Below, in pieces: positions 33,316 to 43,772 of a stretch of DNA of 64,000 bases (its first letter is position 1; each line of letters opens with the position of its first letter). Origin of the DNA: an uncultured Actinomycetes bacterium (lineage in GTDB: Bacteria; Actinomycetota; Thermoleophilia; RBG-16-64-13). The translations under genes and the position numbers were made by a program. Under the pieces are notes generated by a model. The model saw nothing but the letters and a program-made list of their open reading frames with translations. It was not told the DNA's origin and searched no databases. The stretch spans positions 1,088,001-1,152,000 of the forward strand of contig CAWJDT010000001.1 of NCBI GenBank assembly GCA_963841735.1. Direction: 5' to 3'.

Positions 33316-33389
33316 CGCGCCGGAGAGGATTCGAACCTCCGACCTCTGGTTTCGTAGACCAGCGCTCTATCCAACTGAGCTACCGGCGC
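33316..33389 (-). tRNA. tRNA-Arg (ACG)
   Basis: GCGCCGG acceptor, CTGGT-CT-ACG-AA-ACCAG and GGAGGTTCGAATCCTCT. Confidence 0.96.
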
Positions 33390-33393
33390 ACAC

Positions 33394-33487
33394 TGGCGGA
33401 GAAGGAGGGATTCGAACCCTCGGAAGGAGCATTCACTCCTTCACTCGCTTAGCAGGCGAGCGCCTTCAGCCTCTCGGCCACTTCTCC
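33394..33487 (-). tRNA. tRNA-Ser (GCT)
   Basis: GGAGAAG acceptor, CTCGC-CT-GCT-AA-GCGAG, long variable arm and encoded CCA. Confidence 0.96.
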
Positions 33488-33623
33488 ATTTGGCGGCGAG
33501 GCCCGCCACCTCAACGAGCCGATATTCTAGCAGAGAGTCTCTACGCAAGTGTCCACGGAGGAGTGAGCCCCCCCTGCCCGAATGAGAGGGAGTAGGGTGA
33601 TCCAGGTTTCCAAGGAGGTCTCC

Positions 33624-33836
33624 ATGTCCGGGGTGTTGCGGCTTATCCAGACCATCGTCGTGGTGGGGGCGCTTGTAGGGGGCGGTATGGCTCTGTGGCG
33701 CAACCGGGACAAGGTCAAAGATACCTGGGAATCGTTGGGCGGTCTCTCCGGAGTCCAGGGTTCTACCGGCAAGCTGTTGGAGTCGATTGGCCCAGTGAGC
33801 GGTGTCGTGCGCCAGCTGGCGACCATCAAGAAGTAG
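33624..33836 (+). CDS. Small membrane protein
   Basis: AAGGAGG RBS and an N-terminal TM helix. Confidence 0.65.
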   Translation: MSGVLRLIQTIVVVGALVGGGMALWRNRDKVKDTWESLGGLSGVQGSTGKLLESIGPVSGVVRQLATIKK

Positions 33837-33931
33837 CCGGAAGCTCCGACATATGGTTCCGCCGAGGCTGGCGGGTCGTCGGATGCTAGTATCGCAGCCT
33901 GATGCCTGCCAGATCTTCGGAAGGACGTTCG

Positions 33932-35080
33932 ATGAAGCCTAGTGATAGTCCCCAGTGCCGTTGCTTCTCTTCGGGCCCGTGTGCCAAGAGGCCGGGATGG
34001 AGTCCCTCCGCTCTGGAGGATGCGCTGGTGGGCCGGTCGCATCGCTCGAAGGCAGGCCGGGCGCGCATCCAAGAGGTCATCGACCGGTCTCGGCACATGC
34101 TGGGAGTCCCCGACGGATATCACCTGGGTATTGTGGCCGCTTCCGACACCGGGGCTATGGAGATGGCTCTGTGGTCGCTGCTGGGGCCGCGCGGGGTGGA
34201 TGCCCTGGCCTGGGAGAGCTTCGGGCAGGGCTGGGTCACCGATATCACCAAGCAGCTCAAGCTCCCCGACGTGCGGGTGCTTTCGGCCGACTACGGTCTC
34301 ATCCCCGACCTGAGCCAGGTCGACTGGGACGGCGACGTGGTCTTCACCTGGAACGGCACCACCTCGGGGGTGCGCGTGCCCAACGCCGACTGGATCGCCG
34401 ACGACCGCCGAGGGCTTGCCATCTGCGACGCCACCTCGGCCGTGTTCGCCATGGACGTGCCCATGGCCAAGCTCGACGTGGTCACCTATTCGTGGCAGAA
34501 GGTCCTGGGCGGCGAGGCACAGCATGGTGTGCTCACCCTCAGCCCGCGGGCCGTGGAACGGCTGGAGAGCTATCGGCCGACTTGGCCGTTGCCCAAGATC
34601 TTTCGCATGACCAAGGGCGGCAAATTCATGGAGTCTGTCTTCCAGGCCGACACCATCAACACTCCGTCGATGCTGTGTGTCGAGGACGCGCTCGATGGCC
34701 TGAAGTGGGCCGCGGATATCGGGGGACTGCCGGAACTCATCCGTCGCAGTGAGGCCAACCTGGCCGCGGTAGCCGCTTGGGTGGAGCGCACTACTTGGGT
34801 GGACTTCCTGGCTGAGGACCCGGCCACCCGGTCGTGCACTTCCATCTGCCTCAAGATCGTCGATCCGTGGTTCCTGGGGCTGACGGTGGAAGAACGGGCT
34901 CAGGCGGCGAAGAAGGTGGCTGCTCTCTTGGAGGTCGAAGGCGTGGCCTATGACATCGCGCCCTACCGCGATGCCCCTCCCGGTATCCGGCTGTGGGGCG
35001 GCGCGACAGTGGAGACCTCCGACCTGGAGCTCCTGTTCCCCTGGCTCGACTGGGCCTACGCGGAGGTCAAGGGCGCCTGA
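33932..35080 (+). CDS. serC: Phosphoserine aminotransferase
   Basis: [36 protein letters not shown] lysine and INTPS. Confidence 0.92.
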   Translation: MKPSDSPQCRCFSSGPCAKRPGWSPSALEDALVGRSHRSKAGRARIQEVIDRSRHMLGVPDGYHLGIVAASDTGAMEMALWSLLGPRGVDALAWESFGQGWVTDITKQLKLPDVRVLSADYGLIPDLSQVDWDGDVVFTWNGTTSGVRVPNADWIADDRRGLAICDATSAVFAMDVPMAKLDVVTYSWQKVLGGEAQHGVLTLSPRAVERLESYRPTWPLPKIFRMTKGGKFMESVFQADTINTPSMLCVEDALDGLKWAADIGGLPELIRRSEANLAAVAAWVERTTWVDFLAEDPATRSCTSICLKIVDPWFLGLTVEERAQAAKKVAALLEVEGVAYDIAPYRDAPPGIRLWGGATVETSDLELLFPWLDWAYAEVKGA

Positions 35081-35152
35081 CGCGGCCGCGTCAGGCGGCC
35101 CCTCGGGCCCGCGGCGCAGGTTGTGGCGCGCCGCAGCTTGCGGCCCGGCGGG

Positions 35153-35431
35153 CTAGACCGTGTCGGTCTTGGCCGGAGTCTCGGCCTGAGTTTCAGTCAC
35201 CGCCGGTGTCGCCGCCGGAGTCACGGCTGTAGTAGCTGTGGTGGCGGTAGCGGCGGTCACATCTTCCTTCATAGCCGCCTTTACGTCCTCCTGGGTCTCT
35301 TTGAGGCCCTTTTTGAAACCGGTGATCGAGCGTCCCAGCGAGGAACCCAGTTCGGGCAGCTTCTTGGGCCCGAAGATGAGCAGGGCGATAACCACCACGA
35401 TCACGATTTCCCAAACACCGATGTTAGGCAT
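35153..35431 (-). CDS. tatA: Sec-independent translocase TatA
   Basis: IGVWEIVIVVVIALLIFGPKKLPELGSSLGRSITGFKKG. Confidence 0.93.
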   Translation of the reverse strand: MPNIGVWEIVIVVVIALLIFGPKKLPELGSSLGRSITGFKKGLKETQEDVKAAMKEDVTAATATTATTAVTPAATPAVTETQAETPAKTDTV

Positions 35432-35505
35432 GAACACACTCCTAGCCGATCGATTCTGCAAATGCAGACGCGGCATTATCGCACCAAGCCGTAGCCCGCG
35501 TCTGC

Positions 35506-37737
35506 CTACAGGGAGTTCTTGAGCCAGCTTCTGATGTCTGCCGTGGTCACCGTCCCGCCAGGCGGTCTCGGGCTCAGTGCGCCCAAACGTGGGTCTGTCT
35601 CCGGGCGGAGCACCTCGGCCGCCGAGCACAGGTCGAACGTCTGGCGCATGGCCGTGGTCACGAAACGGGTGGGCTGAGAGTAGCCGTACACGTCGCTGAA
35701 GCTACGCGGGTAGGTGTAGTAGCGCAGGGGGCAGCAGACGTACAACCAGTCCTTCGCCCTGGTGAGGGCCACATAGAACAGGCGACGCTCTTCTTCGATC
35801 TCCTCCGGCCGTCCGGTGGCCATGTCGGAGGGGATGTTGCCGTCGGCGGCGTGGATGACGAACACAACGTCCCACTCCAGGCCTTTGGCCGAATGCATGG
35901 TGGAGAGGATGAGGAAGTCCTCGTCGAGCAGGGGCGGTCCGGCCAGGTCTTCGGTGTAGGTGGGCGGGTCGAGGGCGATCTCGGCTAGGAAGCGGCCCCG
36001 GTCGGGGAAGCGGGCGGCCAGCCACTCGAGCTGCTCCAGGTCCATGAGGCGAGCGCGGGCGTTGTCGTGCAGGCGTTCCAGAAGCGGCGTATAGAAAAGC
36101 CTGATCCGTTTGATCTGGGAGCTGAGATCGCCCGGCTCGCGACTCCCGATGCCGGTCATGAGCGACACCAGTTCGTGCCACGAGCTGCACGCTGCGGCGG
36201 AGGGCGAGGGGCAGTCAGACCAGGCGGCGAAGCCGAGGGGCACCTCGCGCGGCGCCGGAGCGGAACGTCCGGCCGGGCTGCTGCCGGGTAAGTCTTCGAT
36301 CTCGGGGCCGCGGGCGACCACCAGCCGGTCCATGAGCGAACGGGCCTTCTTGGGCCCGACACCGGGCAGCAACATCAGCACCCGGGTGCCGGCCATGACG
36401 TCGCGGGGATTCTCGGCCAGGCGCAAGAAGGCCATGAGGTCTTTGACATGCGCGGTCTCGACGAAGCGCAGCCCGCCGTACTTGTGGAAGGGGATGTTGC
36501 GCCGTGCCAACTCCAACTCCAGCGCCAGGCTGTGATGCGAAGCCCTGAACAGCACGGCTTGGCGGCGAAGGTCCAGGCCCGCCTCCCGGTGGTCGAGCAC
36601 CGAGCGGATGATGAACTCGGTCTGCTCGTCCTCGTCGTCGCAGGTGACGAACTGCGGTTTGGCTCCGCCGGTGCGCTCCGACCACAATTCCTTGGCGTGC
36701 CGCTCGGTGGATGCGGCGATCACCTCGTTGGTGGCGCTCAGGAGAGTCTGGGTGCTGCGGTAGTTCTGCTCCAATGTGACCACTCGGGTCTCGGGGAACT
36801 GTCGGGGGAAGTCGAGGATGTTGTGAACGGTGGCCGCCCGGAACGAGTAGATGGCTTGGGCGTCGTCGCCCACTACGGTGAGGTTCTTGCCGCCGGGGCA
36901 GAGCATCTGCAAGATCTCGGCCTGCAGGCGGTTGGTGTCTTGGTACTCGTCGACGAGGATGCAGTCGAAGCGGCTCCGGATGGAGCGGGCGGTGCGGGCG
37001 TCGGTCAGCAGGCCATGCCAGAAGAGAAGCAGGTCGTCATAGTCGAGGACGCTCTGCTCGCCCTTGCGGTCTACATAGGCGCCGAAAAGCCGGCGGAGGT
37101 CTTCGACCTCGTTCTTGCACCAGGGGAAGCGGGTCTCCACCACCTCGTCTACCGGCTCGCGGGCGTTGACGCAGCGGCTGTAGATGTCCACGCAGGTGGC
37201 CTTGAGCGGGAAGCGGCGGTCGCTCGTAGATAGCCCCATTTCGGTGCGGAGCATGCCCATGAGGTCCTCAGCGTCGCCCCGGTCGAGGATGGTGAAGGCC
37301 GGGTCGAGACCGATGGCCCGTCCGTGTAGACGCAGCAGGCGGGTGGCCGTGGCGTGGAAGGTGCCGCCCCAGATCTTGCCGGAGGCCGCCTGTGCTCCGA
37401 GGCGGCTGGAGCCGCCGTTGGCCGCCGGGGCCTCGCCCGGCGGCGCCTGGTCGCGCGCCCGGCGGGTCTCGGCGTCGAGTTGGCGGAGGATGCCTTCTAC
37501 CCGGCGGAGCATCTCGGCAGCCGCACGCCGCGTGAAAGTGAGTAGCAGCACTCGGCCGGGGTCGGTGCCGTTCGCTATGCGGTAGGCCACTCGGTGCGCC
37601 AGCGTGGCGGTCTTGCCTGTGCCAGCGCCAGCCACGATCAGCAGAGGGTCATCGTCATGCAACACGGCCAGTCGCTGCTGCTCGTTCAAGCGGGCGAGGA
37701 TCGTTCCGATGGGGGTCTCGGTCAAGGTGTCATTCAC
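35506..37737 (-). CDS. UvrD/PcrA-like ATP-dependent helicase
   Basis: AGAGTGKT, LTFTRRAA, VDEYQDTN, VGDDAQAIYSFR, NYRS, HSAKGLEW and EERRLFYVALTRA. Confidence 0.92.
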   Translation of the reverse strand: MNDTLTETPIGTILARLNEQQRLAVLHDDDPLLIVAGAGTGKTATLAHRVAYRIANGTDPGRVLLLTFTRRAAAEMLRRVEGILRQLDAETRRARDQAPPGEAPAANGGSSRLGAQAASGKIWGGTFHATATRLLRLHGRAIGLDPAFTILDRGDAEDLMGMLRTEMGLSTSDRRFPLKATCVDIYSRCVNAREPVDEVVETRFPWCKNEVEDLRRLFGAYVDRKGEQSVLDYDDLLLFWHGLLTDARTARSIRSRFDCILVDEYQDTNRLQAEILQMLCPGGKNLTVVGDDAQAIYSFRAATVHNILDFPRQFPETRVVTLEQNYRSTQTLLSATNEVIAASTERHAKELWSERTGGAKPQFVTCDDEDEQTEFIIRSVLDHREAGLDLRRQAVLFRASHHSLALELELARRNIPFHKYGGLRFVETAHVKDLMAFLRLAENPRDVMAGTRVLMLLPGVGPKKARSLMDRLVVARGPEIEDLPGSSPAGRSAPAPREVPLGFAAWSDCPSPSAAACSSWHELVSLMTGIGSREPGDLSSQIKRIRLFYTPLLERLHDNARARLMDLEQLEWLAARFPDRGRFLAEIALDPPTYTEDLAGPPLLDEDFLILSTMHSAKGLEWDVVFVIHAADGNIPSDMATGRPEEIEEERRLFYVALTRAKDWLYVCCPLRYYTYPRSFSDVYGYSQPTRFVTTAMRQTFDLCSAAEVLRPETDPRLGALSPRPPGGTVTTADIRSWLKNSL

Positions 37738-38004
37738 GTCGCGCTGCGTTCCTCTCCTCCGTAGCCAAGCCTCACCGCTTCAAGCATACAGAGGGGGTCG
37801 GACAGACAGATCGTGCAAACCAACTGCGGGGCCAGTTTGCGGGCGAAGCATCAGAGTGGTAGACCGCCCGGGGCGCACCGGCTGCGAGTGATGAAACCCC
37901 TCGCGCCTTCTTGCGTCGCCCCGGACGGTCTACCTTGTTCACGTTCTGGCGGTCGTCCTACGTCCTATCCACGATGCACCAGACTCCAAGACCGACAATG
38001 TCTG

Positions 38005-39330
38005 TCACGGAGCCGGCCACGGCGGTTTGGGGTATATGGGATCAGCCGTGCGCTTCTTGCCAAAGTCGATCACTTCGAACACGCCGCTCTGCCACTGGCC
38101 CAGATCGCCTGGATGGCAGTCTATGGATAGCACTTGCTTGTCGAAGAAGGTGTCACCGAGCACAGTCTGGAAATGCTCCGTCTTGAGCACTTCAGCCACC
38201 TTGGTCGCGTCCAGGGTGCCGGCCTTCTCGATGGCCTACCCGAACAACTCCAGCGAGCCCATGAAGTATGCGTCGCCCCAGTAGTCCACGTTGCTCTCGC
38301 TGAAGCCCTCAGCCTTCAGAGTGGGGCTACTCAGCAGCCTGTCGCGCATGGCGGCGAGCTCTGGAGAGCTGTTGATGCTCCAGGCTCCGTAGGTACAGAT
38401 ACCTTCTGCTGCTCCGCCCACTGCTTCCTCGAACGCCCCGAACGACGCCCCGGTGCCCATGACCAGCATCTTGGGGTTGTATCCCATTTGGATCATCTGC
38501 GTTACCATCAAGGAGTTCCACTGCGGCTGACAAGGGACAAACAGGCAGTCGGCACCGGAGTCCTGCGCCTGCCTGAGCACCTGTGCGAAGTCCGTGGTGT
38601 CGGCCGGAATCGCGGCTTCGAGCACGACCTGCACGTCTCCCTGCACCTCCACTTCCTCCTTGAACATGGCCAAGTATTCGCTAGCTTGCGGGTCATCCTC
38701 CGGGTAGAGTATTGCCGCCGTTGCTGCGCCCACTTTCTTCATGGTTTGTAGCAGCCTGGGCATGTGATAGTACTCTGAGTAGTTCAGGGTCTCGACGAAC
38801 AGTGGGTACTTGTCCATCTCAAACCGGATGCGGGAGATGCTACCCTCGGCGCCTATCATCAGATAGCCGTGCTCATTGGTCAACGCCGCCGCGGCCAACA
38901 CGAAATCAGTGCTGGCGGGCGAGAAGATGAAGTCGACCTTGTCTTCGACCATGAGTTTCTCGAGAAGGCTCATGGAGGTGTCCAAGTTGCTCTCATCGTC
39001 GTAGACCAGCATCCGCACCGGCAGCTTCTTGCCGTATTCCTCCACGTAGATGCCGCCGTCGGCGTTGACCTCCTCCGCCCACAACTTGTAGCAGGGGCCA
39101 AAGGAGCTCTCCTCAAAGACGCTCAGAGGCCCAGTCTGGGGACGTGCGGCTCCGATGACGATCTCGTCCTTGCCGCCCGGCGTGGTGACGGTCGTCGTGT
39201 CCGTGCCGCCCTGCGTGACAGCAGTTGTCTCAGTCGTCTCCCCTCCACAGGCCACTGTGACCATGACCGCAGCCAACAGAACGAAACATAAGAGCAACGA
39301 AATGGCGATCCTGCTGTGCTTCACCTGCAT
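38005..39330 (-). pseudogene. Branched-chain amino acid ABC-type substrate-binding lipoprotein with an in-frame TAG at 38236-38238
   Basis: VAC lipobox and INADGG...YDDES-type LivJ motifs; the same frame continues ELFG*AIEKAGTLD...YPKPPW. Confidence 0.75.
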
Positions 39331-39576
39331 GTTGAGGCCTCCCTATCCGCTTGTTCGACACGTGGGCAGTTGAGACGTTGCCCGATTCAGAAAGCCGCCG
39401 CACCGATCGCCCCTCCTTCGATCTTGGGTCGACCCCATGCGCTCATCACACCCGCCACCATCCGGCGATGGCCCGCGACGACTTTGCTTCTCTCTCGCTC
39501 CTTCTGTTAGTTCACGTTTGGTGACGCTGCGAGAGCGGTTATCGCGTGTGCCGTGGGGCGCGCGAAGCACCCCTGC

Positions 39577-41215
39577 CTACCTTGATAGGAACCCGGTCTG
39601 CGCCACCGATCGCACCCGGATGGCCGCTTCATTGGCCACCGGGCAGTAGTGCTCGCATACGCCGCAGCCGCTGCAACGCTCGGAGATGACGCGGGGGAGT
39701 TTGACGCCCGCGTGTTGGTCACCGCCCTGGCCTTGGCCACCGCTCTGCCCGCTGCCTCCCGTGTCGAAGACGATCGCCTTGTCGGGGATGGGGCAGAGTT
39801 CCTGGCACACCAGGCAGTCACGGCCTTCCGACCAGGGGATGCAGGTGTTGTGATCGATGTAGGCGCGGCCGATGACCTTGAGCCGCTTCTCTTCGAGGCT
39901 GAGCGCGCGGATGGCCTGGGTAGGGCAGACCTTGCCGCATTCGTTGCAGCTCCAGTCGCAGTAGGCGCGGCGGTAGTCCATCTGCGGGGTCATGAAGCCC
40001 TCGACGCCGGCGTCGAAGACCGCCGGCTGGATGACGTTGGTGGGGCACACCTTCATGCACTCGGCGCAGCGGGCGCAGGTGGCCATGAAGTCCAGCTCCT
40101 GGCGGGCACCGGGGGGCCGGATGAGGAACTTGTTCCGCTGGATGCGCCCCAGCCCGGTGTAGAGGAAGAAGCCACCCACGAAGGCCAGGCCGCCCGCTTT
40201 GAGCAGAGCCCGCCGGCTGGGGTCGTGCACGTGCTGCTTGCGAGGTCTGCGGCCCCAGTGGATGGCCCCGCGAGAGCAGGCGTCGGCGCATTCCAGGCCG
40301 GCCTCACAGCGGGAGCAGTCGGTAGAGCGGCCTCCGTCACGGACGGCGTCCATGGGGCAGGCGGCGACGCACGACTCGCAGAGGGAGCAAGCATGGTCGT
40401 CGACCACCCTGCCGAAGAGCGCTCCTCGGCCGATCAGGCCCAGGAGAGCGCCCAGCGGGCAGAGGTGGCGGCACCACAGGCGGCGCTCTATCCACGAGAC
40501 GGCGAGGATAACCACGAACATGATCAGCATGACCAGTTGCAGCTTGTAGGCGAGACCATCGGGAAAGACAAGACGGCCGGTCAGAGCGCCGGTCACCGAG
40601 TCGACGCCGCCGCGCAGCGGCGGCGCCAGATACAGCAGGTCGCCTGCCCAGGCGCAGACCCCGGTCGATGGCGGGGTACACCAGGGTAGTCGCCGCACCG
40701 GGTGAAGAGCGAGAGCGGGTCGAAGAGCAAGAAGACGGCGCTGCCGAACAGGATGAGCATCACCACCACCACGAGCCCGAACAGGGGCACCTGGCGCAGG
40801 ACCTCGCGTGCTCGGGGGCCAGGGTGGCGTTCGCGCCGCGGGCCGAACAGTTCGATCGATGAATCCCAGCGGGCAGACGTAGCCGCAGAAGGCCCGTGCC
40901 GAAGAACAGGGGGCTGAGCAGCACCGGCATCGCCAGCAGGAACTCCCAGCGCAAGACGCCGTTGGCCACGGAATTGACCGCCAGCAGCGGGTCGGCGAGC
41001 AGGAATCCGCCCAGCAGAAGGGTGCCCAGCGGCCAGATGGTCAGGGTCAGAAGAGCGAAGAAGAGGAGAAGAAAGAAGATTTGAAAGAGGCGCCTATACC
41101 GGTGGATGCCGCGCCGGCGGCCCCTCGCCCGGACCCGGGATGCGCGTATCGAATCGGCCCCGGCGTAGCTCGGGGCCTCTGGGCGGCGATCGGTGGCGGG
41201 CTCGTCGCCGGCCAT
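39577..41215 (-). pseudogene. Membrane polyferredoxin (NapH/MauN + MauM/NapG-like), several frameshifts
   Basis: ADPLLA, R.WCRHLCPLGAL, IRPPGA and many CxxCxxCxxxCP motifs spread over three frames. Confidence 0.75.
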
Positions 41216-42280
41216 CAGGCGGTCCCCTCGAAGATGTTGTACTTGGCCAGGTCGATCTCGCCCAGCCCCCGGGCGTTGGCCTCCACCAGACTGGGCAGGT
41301 CGGTGGGCTTCCAACCCATGAGGTCGCAGCCGTAGGCGTCGATGGCCACCTGGCTGGTGCCGGCGACGCAGGTCTTGCGCAGTTCGATGTCCTCGCAGCC
41401 TGCCGCCGGAGGGGCCGTTGCGCACCATGACCCGGTAGGCGTCCAGTATGACCAGGTGCGGCTTGACCAAGGTGTTGAGGTCGGTGATCTTTTGCGGGAA
41501 GTCGATGTGGATCTGACCTCGGGGGTCGCCCATGATGCCCATGAGGTTCTTCATGGAGAGGGTCAGGCCGGCCATGCCGTGAGTCTTGCCGATGGGGACG
41601 TTGATGAGGGTGTCGGCCTCCAGCGCGTCGGTGACCAGAGGCCAGGAGGTGATGGCCACGCCCCTCGGGGATGTCGACGCGCTCGAAGTTGCGGTTGCTG
41701 AGGTACTTGAGGGTGCCACCGGACTCCTCGTCGCCTGCTGCAGCCCCGAATTCTGGAAGGCGGCCCGGGGGCTGGTGGTGGGATAGTCGAGCACCGTCAC
41801 GTTGGCGGCGCCGGCTTCGAGGCACATGCGCACGATCTCGGCGATCACCAGGGGATTGGTGTTGACGGCGTACTCAGGAGGCTTGCCGGTGAGGACGTTG
41901 GGCTTGACCACCACCTTGGCGTCGCGCTTGACGAAGCGTTCCATGCCCCCCAACTGAGCGACGGCGGCGCGAACGTTGTCGCCGGGCGAGTCGCCTCGGA
42001 ACACGGCCAGATCGGGGGCTGCGGGGGCGGTGGTAGTCGTCGATGCGTTCCCGGCTTGGGAGGAGGTGGTGGCGTCGCCGGGGATGGCGCTCGTGGTCGT
42101 GGTGGCGTCGCCGGTGGTCGAGGTGGAGAACACTACGGCCTCCGAATCCTCGACGGGGGAGCCTTGGGACTCCGACCAGCGCAATAGGCGGGCGCAGCCG
42201 GCGGCGGTGGGGGCCAGGGCGGCGACGGTCAGCCAACGGCCCGTGGCCAAGAGGAAGGTCCTGCGATCCATCTGGTGCAT
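41215..42280 (-). pseudogene. DUF362 Fe-S protein with Tat signal, several frameshifts
   Basis: DRRTFL Tat motif, VVVKPN, TNP, INVPIGKTHG..LTLSMKNLMG and NGPSGG. Confidence 0.75.
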
Positions 42281-42390
42281 GATGGGCGGTAACGTACCCT
42301 TGTTTGCGAGACTTCTATCGCGGAGACACTAGAGAGGAGAGCGACGGCCGCTTGCCCGGCGAGGGCGGCGCGAAGAGTAAGAAGGTGATC

Positions 42391-43104
42391 ATGGGCAAGG
42401 ACACAGATCCCGCGACCACCCCGGCGGCGGACGAGCCGGTCGCCGGCACGGGCGGGTCGGAGGAGCCGATCGGTCGTCGGGCCTTCATCGGGCTGATGAT
42501 CGCCGGTGTGGCCGCGCTGTTCCTTGGCAAGGATCTGCTCGCTTGGATCGGGCGCCTGGGTGGGGCCCAGAGCTCTCGAGGCACGGAAGGATTCCGCATC
42601 AACAGCGTCGCCCCCGCGCCAGATTTTGTCGAGGATTCCTGGCGCCTGACTGTGGACGGGTTGTTTCGCAAGCCCTTGTCGTTGACCTTCGCAGATTTCA
42701 CTGCCCTCCCACAGGAAGAGCAGACTCAGGACTTCTACTGCGTGGAGGGCTGGGGTGTGGCCGATGTCGTGTGGAAGGGAGTGACCGTGCGGGAGTTGAT
42801 GGGCCGGGCCGAAATTGACCCGTTGGCTACACATCTGATCTTCCATTCGGGCGACTCGGCGCATTACACCGACTCTCTTACCATCGAGGAGGCCATGAGT
42901 CCCCACACCCTGCTCGCCCACGGTTTGAACGGTGACCCGCTGATTCCCGGCATGGGCAGCCCCGTCCGGCTGATCATCCCCGGCAAATACGGATACAAGT
43001 GCGTCAAGTGGGTGGTGCGGGTGGAGGCCGTCGTTTTGGGTCCCGGAGGCTACCTGGGATACTGGGAGGAGCGCGGCTACTCGGCGGACGCGACCATCTC
43101 ATGA
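42391..43104 (+). CDS. Molybdopterin-dependent oxidoreductase (sulfite oxidase/MsrP-like)
   Basis: GRRAF Tat-like motif, DFYCVEGW, WKGV and GSPVRLIIPGKYGYKCVKWV...GYWEERGY. Confidence 0.88.
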   Translation: MGKDTDPATTPAADEPVAGTGGSEEPIGRRAFIGLMIAGVAALFLGKDLLAWIGRLGGAQSSRGTEGFRINSVAPAPDFVEDSWRLTVDGLFRKPLSLTFADFTALPQEEQTQDFYCVEGWGVADVVWKGVTVRELMGRAEIDPLATHLIFHSGDSAHYTDSLTIEEAMSPHTLLAHGLNGDPLIPGMGSPVRLIIPGKYGYKCVKWVVRVEAVVLGPGGYLGYWEERGYSADATIS

Positions 43105-43772
43105 ACAGGTGGCGGCGGATCGAACGAGGGGCGCACTGGCTTTATGCCCTGCTCTTCATCATCTGTTTGGTGAGCGGGCTGCTGATGTGGATCCCGTCCA
43201 CCCGTGAACTGATCGGGGGCGCCAGGCTCGATATCTCCCAGCGTCACGCAGCGACAGGGTTCGCGATGGTGGCGATGCCGCTGCTCATGCTGGTGATCTT
43301 CGACCGGCGGCGACTACGGAGCGGGCTGCGGCAGATCAATCGATGGAGCGTCGATGACCGGCGCTGGTTCCGGGCGGCCCTGCGGGGCCGGTCGCTGCGG
43401 GGCGGCGCCATGCCCCCTCAAGGCAGATTCAACGCTGGCCAGAAGGCCACTACCGTCCTGGTAGCCGCGATGGCGGTGGGCTTTGTCGTTACCGGAGGGT
43501 TGTTGTTGGGGAAGGCCGGTCTACCGGCCTGGTTGGTGTCGCGGGCGTTCTGGCTGCACGGCTTCTTGGCTATCGCCGGGTTGGCGTTGCTGGCCGGGCA
43601 TCTAGGCATGGCCTTGCTGACCAGACACGGGCGCGCATCGCTAAGGGCCATGTTCAACGGTAGACTGGCCGAAGACGTCGCCCGCGAGCGCCATTCCTTG
43701 TGGTGGGCTAAGGCGGAGAAGGAGCGGACTGACGCTGAGGCCGGTGAGCCTGTAGACGGAGGTAGCGGATGA
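43101..43772 (+). CDS. FdnI-like cytochrome b membrane partner
   Basis: ERGAHW, His ligands and PPQGRFNAGQK; ATGA overlap with the upstream gene. Confidence 0.82.
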   Translation: MNRWRRIERGAHWLYALLFIICLVSGLLMWIPSTRELIGGARLDISQRHAATGFAMVAMPLLMLVIFDRRRLRSGLRQINRWSVDDRRWFRAALRGRSLRGGAMPPQGRFNAGQKATTVLVAAMAVGFVVTGGLLLGKAGLPAWLVSRAFWLHGFLAIAGLALLAGHLGMALLTRHGRASLRAMFNGRLAEDVARERHSLWWAKAEKERTDAEAGEPVDGGSG

